From contig NW_021826152.1 in assembly GCF_006345805.1 (NCBI RefSeq), positions 1 to 13,615 of the forward strand: 13,615 nucleotides of DNA. The letters run 5' to 3'. Below the pieces are notes generated by a model that searched no databases, was not told where the DNA came from, and was given only the letters and a program-made list of their open reading frames with translations. Positions 1 through 7,382 of this stretch are shown one piece after another (position 1 is the stretch's first letter; the number at the start of each line of letters is the position of its first letter). A program made the position numbers and the translations under genes. The stretch comes from Octopus sinensis (Eukaryota).

Positions 1-85
1 CTTGCTCAAGGACACAGTACATCACCGGGAATTGAACTCAAGACCTTACGATCGCGAGCCAAATGCCCAAGCCACGTGCCATCAC
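1..85 (-). mobile_element. tRNA-derived SINE 5' head, cut by the window edge
   Basis: The minus strand reads GTGATGGCACGTGGCTTGG...GAGTTCAATTCCC (B box)...TGTGTCCTTGAGCAAG, a CORE-like motif. Confidence 0.75.
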
Positions 86-323
86 ATGCACACACAAATG
101 AGTAAATGTAAGGATAGGCAAGTGAATATACAAAAAATACCTATTGTTCAGTCATTTGACTGCGGCCATGCTGGAGCACCGCCTTTAGTCAAGCAAATCA
201 ACCCCAGAGCTTACTCTTTGTAATCCTAGTACTTATTCTATCGGTCCCTTTTGCTGAACTGCTGAGTTACACGGACATAAACACACCAACATCGGTTGTC
301 AAGTAATGGTGAGGGAACAAACA

Positions 324-746
324 CATCATCCTCATCATCATCGTTTAATGTCCGTTTTCCATGCTAGCATGGGTTGGACGGTTCAACTGGGGTCTGGGAA
401 GCCAGGAGGCTGCACCAGGCTCCTGTCAGATCTGGCAGTGTTTCTACAGCTGGATGCCCTTCCTAACGCCAACCACTCCGAGAGTGTAGTGGGTGCTTTT
501 TACGTGCCACCAGCACAGGGGCCAGGCGAGGCTGGCAACAGCCACGAACGGATGGTGCTTTTTACGTGCCAACGGCACAGGGGCCAGGCGAGGCTGGCAA
601 CAGCCACGAACGGATGGTGCTTTTTACGTACCACCGGCACGAGGCCAGTCAGAGCGGTGCTGGCAATGGCCACATTCGGATGGTTCTCTTACGTGCCACC
701 GGCACTGGTATCACAGCTGCAATTTCCATTGATGTTGATCGATTTC
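324..746 (-). mobile_element. Retroposon family B (RTE-type non-autonomous element or SINE) with (GAT)n tail, 5'-truncated
   Basis: The minus strand ends ...CCAACCCATGCTAGCATGGAAAACGGACATTAAACGATGATGATG and contains GGAAGGGCATCCAGCTGTAGAAAC, which I recall from RTE-mobilised bipartite SINEs. A second 3'-end copy lies at 1756-1856. Confidence 0.75.
492..705. repeat. Internal tandem repeat of element B, 62-66 bp units
   Basis: GGTGCTTTTTACGTGCCACC-like unit starts at 492, 554, 616 and 682 (partial). The first two units are nearly identical. Confidence 0.9.
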
Positions 747-990
747 AATAAATTCATGTATATACGACGGGATTCCTTTAGTTTCCATCTACCAAATCCA
801 CTTACAGGACTCTGGTCAGCCTGAGGCTATAGCAGGAGACACTTGCCCAGGGTGTCACACAGTGGGACTGAACCTGGAATCATGTGGTTGGTAAGCACCT
901 ATATGTTGACATATATCAGAAATTAAAGGGGTTGAAAAGGAGTTGGAGTCGTAAAACCCTTATTCAACCCTTTCAATCCTTCATATCATT

Positions 991-1548
991 TCTATTGTGT
1001 TTGCCAAACCGCTAAGTTATGGGGGACATAAACACACCAACATCGGTTGTCAAGCGGTGATGTGGGGGGGGGGTAGACAAACACAAATACATATAACATG
1101 GATATATGACAGGCTTCCTTCAGTTTCCGTCTACCAAATCCTTATTGAGCGAAAACACCTAAAGCTCCACGAGGCTCCAGCAGGGGATGGTGGTGATCCC
1201 TGCTGTACTCTTTCGCCACAACTTTCTCTCACTCTTACTTCCTGTTTCTGTTGTACCCGTATTTCAAAGGGCCGACCATGTCACTCTCCATGTCATGCTG
1301 AATATTCCCGAGAACTACGTTAAGGGTACACGTGTCTGTGGAGTGCTCAGCCACTTACACGTTAATTTCACGAGCAGACTGTTCCGTTGATCGGATCAAC
1401 TGGAACCCTCGTCGTCGTAACCAACGGAGTGCTTCCACTCCACCAAATCCACTCACAAGACTCTGGTCAGTCTGAGGCTGTAGTAGAAGACACCCGCCGA
1501 AGGTGCCACACAGTGGGACTGAACCTGGAACCATGGAGTTGGAAAGCA
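991..1548 (-). mobile_element. SINE family A copy 2, split by element C (991-1141 and 1442-1548)
   Basis: Homology to 2557-2943 on both sides of the insert. ACCAAATCC is duplicated at 1133-1141 and 1442-1450. Confidence 0.85.
1142..1441 (+). mobile_element. 300-bp retroposon fragment (family C) with a 9-bp or longer TSD
   Basis: Flanked by direct repeats of ACCAAATCC and lacks TIRs. Hairpins at 1178-1205 (CAGCAGGGGAT/ATCCCTGCTG) and 1381-1406 (GTTCCGTTGAT-CGG-ATCAAC-T-GGAAC). The + orientation is inferred from the 3'-proximal stem-loop. Confidence 0.7.
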
Positions 1549-1755
1549 CAGCAAAAAATGTACTCTATCTGATGAGATAAAAACTGTTCAATGACACACA
1601 GATTCATCACCACGTAATGTTCAGAGAGATCAGAATTTTAAACACCAGCTTGTTCATCAGGGTGAGGTAGTCCAAAGGTAGACAAGTCCACTAGGAGAAT
1701 GCTATGCATGTGCCTATGTATGTTTATAAATATACAGATATATATATATATAAAG

Positions 1756-1856
1756 ATCATCATCATCATCGTTTAACGTCCGTCCTCCATGCTAGCATAG
1801 GTTGGACGGTTCGACCGGGGATCTGGGAAGCCAGAAGGCTGCACCAGGCTCCAGTC
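1756..1856 (-). mobile_element. Family B 3'-end fragment
   Basis: (CAT)n followed by CGTTTAACGTCCG...CCATGCTAGCAT..., homologous to 324-425. Confidence 0.85.
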
Positions 1857-1868
1857 TTTTATATATAT

Positions 1869-1899
<31 letters not shown>

Positions 1900-1987
1900 C
1901 ACAAAAAATTTACAGATTTTTTCTCTTACGAGGTTTTTCACGCAAACTACTTGATAATTTCTTATAAAGATTTTATCCTGTTTTTAA

Positions 1988-2030
<43 letters not shown>

Positions 2031-2556
2031 GATATATATAAAGATAGAGAGAGAAGTGGGAGAAAAGCAGCTGATTTCATGTACATCAGGGGTCGATGAA
2101 CCGGAAAACCAAGGGTCACTGAATAGGGATAAATTACCCCAAGTGAGCTAAAAATGTAATTCTTGCAAAATTCTTTCAATAAACCTTTTAAATTCAAAGA
2201 ATCTATCTTTGATTTATTTCCTTTCCAATCAAGGGGGCAACGTCAGTGTAAATAAATATATTTGGGGGTAGTTGGTTAAAATGTTCCCTGACCCCTGGTC
2301 TACACAAAGCCAAAACAACAGCAGACATGGAAGCCTCTACATGGCAGCTAAACCTGCTAGAAACATCAGCCAAAATCTCCACACACTACAGTCCTTAAGT
2401 AAGGAAGGCACATAATTTAATGAGGTGGTCGCAGCTGGAATGTCTTTGATTGTAAGTCTGCTAAATCAGCATCCGAGTTGTATACATGCAACAGCAATAC
2501 ATGTGTGAATGTATGCATATACACACACAATTTTATATATATATATATATATATAT

Positions 2557-2943
2557 ACTCTTTTACTTGTTTCAGTCATTTGACTGCGGCCATGCTGGAG
2601 CACCGCCTTTAGTCGAGCAAATCGACCCCTGTACTTATTCTTTCAAAGCCCAGAACTTATTCTATCGGTCTCTTTTGCCGAACTGCTAAGTAACTGGGAC
2701 ATAAACACACCAGCATCGGTCGTCAAGCAATGCTAGGGGGACAAACACAGACACACAAACATATACACACACATATATACGACGGGCTTTCTTTCAGTTT
2801 CCGTCTACCAAATCCACTCACAAGGCTTTGGTCAGCCCGAGGCTATAGTAGAAGACACTTGCCCAACGTGGCACGCAGTGGGAATGAACCCGGAACCATG
2901 TGGTTGATAAACAAGCTACTTACCACATAGCCACTCCTGCGCC
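2557..2943 (-). mobile_element. Full-length SINE family A (tRNA head + CORE-like segment + central TA/CA microsatellite + 3' module)
   Basis: The minus strand starts GGCGCAGGAGTGGCTATGTGGTAAG (A box), then GGGTTCATTCCC (B box) and TTGGGCAAGTGTCTT (CORE-like), and ends ...GACTGAAACAAGTAAAAGAGT. Confidence 0.9.
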
Positions 2944-2956
2944 TATATATATATAT

Positions 2957-3115
2957 ACTCGATGGGCTTCTTTCAGTTTCCGTCTACCAAATCCACTCAC
3001 AAGGCTTTGGTCGGCCCGAGGCTATAGTAGAAGACACTTGCCCAATGTGACACGCAGTGGGAATGAACCCGGAACCATGTGGTTGGTTAGCAAGCTACCT
3101 ACCACACAGCCACTC
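2957..3115 (-). mobile_element. Tandem second copy of the SINE A 5' half
   Basis: Near-identical to 2779-2937, offset ~180 bp. Confidence 0.9.
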
Positions 3116-3389
3116 ATCCATCCATCCACAGGCACTATTTTTCTAGGACACCAAAACAGACAAGAGAAAGTAAGCCACTTGAAGCTGGCTTTTGTTATTG
3201 GTAACCTTAATCCAAGCATTGTTTATTTGTCTGTCTGTTTATGTACCTGACCAGCTACCCACCTATCTAAATCTGTGTATATTATATACATATATATATA
3301 TGCCTTTCTCTCCGAATGTCTATGTATCTATCTATATCTCTCTTCTCGCCTATCTGTCTCCCTCTCTCTACTCATCTGTCTACCTACCT

Positions 3390-3504
3390 ATTTCTTTACT
3401 ACTCACAAGGGGCTAAACACAGAGAGGACAAACAAGGACAGACAAACGGATTAAGTCAATTATATCGACCTCAGTGCGTAACTGGTACTTATTTAATCGA
3501 CCCG
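3390..3504 (-). mobile_element. SINE family D 3' fragment
   Basis: Near-identical to 6870-6984. Confidence 0.85.
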
Positions 3505-3722
3505 TATACCTACCTATCTCTCTACCCATTTATCTACCTACCTACCTCTTTACATACTTAAATCTCTAACCATCTATCTATTTATGTATCTACCCATCTA
3601 TCTACCTACCTATCTATTTGTCTGTCTACCTACCTGTTTATCTATCTACCTATCTCTATCTACCTATCTATCTATCTACCTATCTATCTCTACCTATCTA
3701 CTTATGCATATATCTACCTATA
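3505..3722. repeat. Degenerate (CTAT/CTAC)n tetranucleotide tract
   Basis: Read directly from the sequence; explains the YLSIYL-type ORFs. Confidence 0.9.
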
Positions 3723-3814
3723 ATATGGTACACAGGTATGTATGCACCTGTCTCTTCCGTCTGTGTGTGGAAATGTACCAGTCTCACTAAAGTGTGTGTA
3801 CACAACTTCCACAT

Positions 3815-3852
<38 letters not shown>

Positions 3853-4261
3853 ACTACAGTAGTAACTTAAGGTGAGAGACAGACAAATACGCAGATACAC
3901 ATTCAGCTACCTCTATAAGTCTGTCTGTGAGAGATCGTGATGTGAAAAACAACGAAAATAATGGTGGGATCAGCACAAAGACGGATGATGGAGTTGGAAA
4001 ATGACAGTCCCCTTATATTCATATGAACTCCCTCTCTCTCTCTCCATATATATACATATATATATATAAATTTTAAAAAAATCACCTTTTATCAATTCAA
4101 CAATGAAAAAAATTAAATTATACCATATAGAAAAAAATAACATCCTATAGAATTATATAATTATCCGATATAATTTATATATATATATATTTATTTTGTG
4201 AAATTTGATTTAGCATTTCTGAATTAAATTTTTCCCTGTAGTTTGGAATAATATTCCCTAT

Positions 4262-4308
<47 letters not shown>

Positions 4309-4549
4309 ATGATAAATCTCAGAGCGAGTTATAAACAGTAGCGGTAACACATCGTGACGTATATTTGCCATTTGAATATGGCTAACCTTAAGGGTGGATG
4401 CTACTGTAGTTTGTAGCCTCAGAAAGTGTGTCTATAGGGCACAGAAAGTGTGTCTATAGCCAGCTGGAGGAGGTATCTTCCTGGGGCTACAAACTACAGT
4501 AGCATCCACCCTTAGGGGTTAGCCATATTCAAATGGCAAATATGCGTCA

Positions 4550-4553
<4 letters not shown>
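4309..4553. mobile_element. Fold-back insert 1: ~42-bp leader + 72/73-bp inverted arms (4351-4422, 4481-4553), flanked by (TA)n
   Basis: The arms differ at about 4 positions. The loop contains a direct duplication of CAGAAAGTGTGTCTATAG (4420-4437, 4442-4459). Confidence 0.85.
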
Positions 4554-4580
<27 letters not shown>

Positions 4581-4583
<3 letters not shown>

Positions 4584-4796
4584 CATTAATAAATCTCGGA
4601 ACGAGATGTAAACAGTAACCGCTCGACAACGTAAAGTGTACTAGCCATCTCAATGTGGCTAGCCACTGGGGGTGGGTGTTACTGAAGCTTTTAGCCCCAG
4701 GAGAAAGCCAGCTGGAGACGATGATCTCCTGGGGTTAAAAGCTTCAGTAACACCCACCCCCAGTGGCTAGCCACATTGAGATGGCTAGTACACTTT

Positions 4797-4798
<2 letters not shown>
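4581..4798. mobile_element. Fold-back insert 2 (same family): leader + 74-bp inverted arms (4631-4704, 4725-4798), flanked by (TA)n
   Basis: The arms have a single mismatch around a 20-nt loop. Leader TAAATCTC.GA.CGAG.T.TAAACAGTA and loop AGCCAGCTGGAG are shared with insert 1. Confidence 0.85.
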
Positions 4799-4847
<49 letters not shown>

Positions 4848-4972
4848 TCAGTAATGCAATACAAAGTATTGCCTTCCAGTAAAAAGTAGCCCGTGAGGGA
4901 AAAATACACAAATTAGTAAATAAATGGCACAACTAAGTACCGATATTTATATATATATTTATATATATATAT

Positions 4973-5150
4973 AAAATAAGATACAAAATGGGGCAAGAAC
5001 GCAAAACATCCGGGCAACTAGGTGATACAAAAGGGGACAACAAAACATCCAGATAGACGATACAAAAAACAAAACAGGAAGCCTTTAATCTTCAGTCAAG
5101 AACCGGATCATCCTCGCAATTTTGGCCGATTAATCTTGACATTGCTCATA
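4973..5150 (-). mobile_element. Possible Penelope-like terminal-repeat fragment between (TA)n tracts
   Basis: Short internal direct repeats (CAAAACATCC...GATACAAAA twice) and a minus-strand CTGAAGA at 5095-5089 with a degraded GAAA box. Confidence 0.3.
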
Positions 5151-5154
5151 ATAT

Positions 5155-5214
<60 letters not shown>

Positions 5215-5646
5215 TCCTCCTCCCATTAATAACCTACACACATGCAGATAAATGCATAAATTAGTATACATTTATGTGTGTGTATATGAATAATATTCCT
5301 TCCTTTTTGACTACAGACAAAGGATTCTCATCAATATATGTATGTCTATTGATCAATCTGTCTATCAATCGATCTACCTGACTAGCTAGCTACCTGTCTG
5401 TCTGTGTGTGTGTTTATCTCTTTATATATCAATTAAGGAAGTAGGCTACCTACCCTGGATAGCTATTTGCCTGCCTACCTGTCTATAGAGCTATTGATCT
5501 GAATTACAAACCTGTTACCAGTTCAAATATGATTAAGGTATATTTGAACCCCTAATCTTGTGGATATGACTAGCTGCATTTTAGCCCATCGATTTGTCCC
5601 TTTATCTCCCTATCAACCTACCTATTCCTCTGTCTATACAATTACC

Positions 5647-5890
5647 TATCTATCTATCTTTGGAACTTTGCCTGTTCAGCCATCTGTCTACCTACCTACC
5701 TATCTATCTATGCATCCATCTATCTATCTATGCATCCATCTATCTACCTATCTCTCTACCTATCTATGCATCCATCTATCTATGCATCCATCTATGCATC
5801 CATCTATCTACCTATCTATCCATCCATCCATCTATATGTCTATCTATCTATCTATCCATCTATCTACCAACCTACCTATCTTTCTATCCA
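5647..5890. repeat. (TCTA/TCCA/TGCA) tetranucleotide mosaic
   Basis: Read directly from the sequence. Confidence 0.9.
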
Positions 5891-6076
5891 TTTTGGGAGG
5901 GTGGACTAGTCCCTTACATCTACCCTAGTGCCCAATTTGGTACTTATTTTATCCACCCAGAAAGGTTCAAAGGCAAAGTCGACCTCAGCGAAATTTGAAC
6001 TCACAACATGAAGACGGACAAAATTCTGCTAACCATTTTGCCCGGTGTGCTAACGATTCTGCCAGTTCGCCGCCTT
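5891..6076 (-). mobile_element. SINE family D copy, older and with a variant tail
   Basis: Minus-strand head AAGGCGGCGAACTGGCAGAATCGTTAG...GAGTTCAAATTTCG, homologous to 6870-7101. Confidence 0.85.
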
Positions 6077-6141
6077 TCTCTCTTTAGATGTTACCCACAG
6101 CAATGGTCCCACGATCTCTGACCTCCTCTGTCACTCTTCTT

Positions 6142-6727
6142 GTGGCAGTGTGGTAAGAAGCTTGCTTCTCAGCCCTGTGTTTCCCAGTTCAATCCCACTA
6201 CGTAGCCCCTTGGGCACCTCGCGCCGTTAAAGCCTTCTGAGTAGATTTGGTAGACGGAAACTAAAAGAAGCCTATCGTATGTGTATCTGTGTCTGTCTGT
6301 CTGTCCACCACCATCACTTGACGATCGGTGGTGATGTGTTTACATCCCTGTGACTTAGCGGTTCGACAAAAGAAAACCGATAGAATAAGTAATAAGCTTC
6401 AAAAAACTAAATCCTAGGAACGATTTGTTCGACTAAAACCCTCGGAACTTCTTGAGAAGAGTGGTCCCGGTGCGCGCACACGCGCTAGCTAGTCGTGACT
6501 AGTTGATCCTACGACTACCTAGCAAAGTAAATAAAACACAAAAAAACATAAATAATTTTTGTTAGACAAAGTAAATAAAACACAAAAACACAAAGTAAGG
6601 ATCGACTAGTCACGACTAGCTAGCGCGGATGTGCGACTACGCGCACCGGGGGCCATTGTTCTCGAGTAGTACCAAAACCCTTCAAGGCGGTGCCCCAGCA
6701 CGGCCACAGTCAAACGCCTGAAACAAG
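6142..6727 (+). mobile_element. SINE family A copy on the + strand, interrupted by a MITE at 6444-6673
   Basis: Head GTGGCAGTGTGGTAAGAAGC...CAGTTCAATCCC, body GATTTGGTAGACGGAAACT, tail CCAGCACGGCCACAGTCAAACGCCTGAAACAAG. Confidence 0.85.
6444..6673. mobile_element. 230-bp MITE with imperfect ~70-bp TIRs and an 8-9 bp TSD (Merlin-like)
   Basis: TIRs at 6444-6510 and 6598-6673; the termini read GGAAC and GGTAC. AAAACCCT is duplicated at 6435-6442 and 6674-6681 (9 bp with one mismatch). Internal direct repeat at 6523-6544 and 6567-6588. Confidence 0.8.
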
Positions 6728-6748
6728 ATATATAATTCAATGCATATA

Positions 6749-6857
6749 CAGGGTGTCCCCAAAAAATGTATACACATAGTGGTTCAGCAAAAGAGAACGA
6801 TAGAATAACAAATTTACAATTATTTAAGGTGTGTATACATTTTTTGGGGACACCCTG
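6749..6857. mobile_element. 109-bp Tc1/mariner-type MITE
   Basis: Perfect 27-bp TIRs CAGGGTGTCCCCAAAAAATGTATACAC (6749-6775, 6831-6857) with TA on both sides. Confidence 0.9.
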
Positions 6858-6869
6858 TATATATATATA

Positions 6870-7101
6870 TTTCTTTACTACCCACAAGGGGCTAAACATA
6901 GAGAAGACAAACAAGGACAGACAAAGGGATTAAGTCGATTATACCGACCCCAGTGCGTAACTGGTACTTGTTTAATCGACCCCGAAAGGATGAAAGGCAA
7001 AGTAGTAGACCTCGGCGGAATTTGAACTCAGAACGTAATGGCAGACGAAATACCGCTAAGCATTTCGCCCGGCGTGCTAACGTTTCTGCCAGCTCGCCGC
7101 C
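6870..7101 (-). mobile_element. Full-length tRNA-derived SINE family D
   Basis: Minus strand GGCGGCGAGCTGGCAGAAACG (A box)...GAGTTCAAATTCCG (B box)...TTTGCCTTTCATCCTTTCGGGGTCGATTAAACAAGTACCAG, which resembles from memory a Meta-type conserved SINE domain. CpGs are retained, so the copy looks young. Confidence 0.9.
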
Positions 7102-7221
7102 TTAAATATATATATATATACCGGAGTAAACACATAAATGTGAAACAAGGTGGAAAAAAGAGTACTCAAATACCAGTGGTAGAGTAATATGCTTTATTTT
7201 AGGCAGCAGAAAATTCAACAA

Positions 7222-7264
7222 AATCTGTTACTCTGAGTTTCTCGTTGCCGTTCATCAGACAGTT
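7222..7264 (-). ncRNA. Minimal type I hammerhead ribozyme motif (- copy, sense to the ULK pre-mRNA)
   Basis: Exact reverse complement of the + copy: CUGAUGA 7258-7252, GAAA 7241-7238, predicted cut between 7229 and 7228. Confidence 0.7.
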
Positions 7265-7276
7265 TTTGCTAGAATG

Positions 7277-7319
7277 AACTGTCTGATGAACGGCAACGAG
7301 AAACTCAGAGTAACAGATT
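7277..7319 (+). ncRNA. Minimal type I hammerhead ribozyme motif (+ copy)
   Basis: Stem I CUGU(7279-82)/ACAG(7313-16); CUGAUGA 7283-89; stem II CG-GCAA-CG; GAAA 7300-03; palindromic stem III ACUC-A-GAGU; GUA triplet with predicted cut after 7312. The 10.1/11.1 pair is a non-canonical A-A. Confidence 0.7.
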
Positions 7320-7382
7320 TTGTTGAATTTTCTGCTGCTTAAAATAAAGTATATATATATATATATATACAAGTATACGTAC

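Larger units (their letters stand above)
144..897 (-). mobile_element. SINE family A copy 1, split by element B (3' half 144-323, 5' half 757-897)
   Basis: Both halves are homologous to the intact copy at 2557-2943: ...GGCGGTGCTCCAGCATGGCCGCAGTCAAATGACTGAAC tail and GGTTCAGTCCCACT B box. The first ~30 nt of the head are missing. Confidence 0.85.
7121..7349. mobile_element. Penelope-like inverted pseudo-LTR insert: 71-bp leader + 73-bp inverted arms (7192-7264, 7277-7349), flanked by (TA)n
   Basis: The arms are complementary except one G-T pair (7202/7339), around a 12-nt loop. Each arm has a hammerhead core and an AATAAA on its sense strand. Confidence 0.75.
1..7382 (-). other. ULK intron 1 (partial, >7.3 kb; exon 2 lies outside the window)
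   Basis: GT donor at 7382-7381. I saw no VAIK/VAVK-type kinase subdomain II exon in the non-repetitive islands downstream. Confidence 0.8.

Noticed and set aside
492-705. CRISPR-like appearance of the 62-bp repeats, and of the 8491-9696 array
   Set aside because: Whole units are repeated with no unique spacers, the context is eukaryotic, and there are no cas genes.
1571-1665. CTGATGA at ~1572 (+) and ~1655-1661 (-) as hammerhead cores
   Set aside because: No correctly placed GAAA, NUH triplet or stem I complement.
1549-4250. ULK exon 2 in the non-repetitive islands (1549-1700, 2050-2500, 3117-3390, 3850-4030)
   Set aside because: I saw no minus-strand frame encoding VAIK/VAVK or KKNLAKSQ-like sequence.
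4581-4630. Canonical Helitron 3' end from the ATCTCG-GAA-CGAGAT hairpin
   Set aside because: No CTRR terminus follows and copy 1 has a degenerate stem. A Helentron/HINE origin is not excluded.
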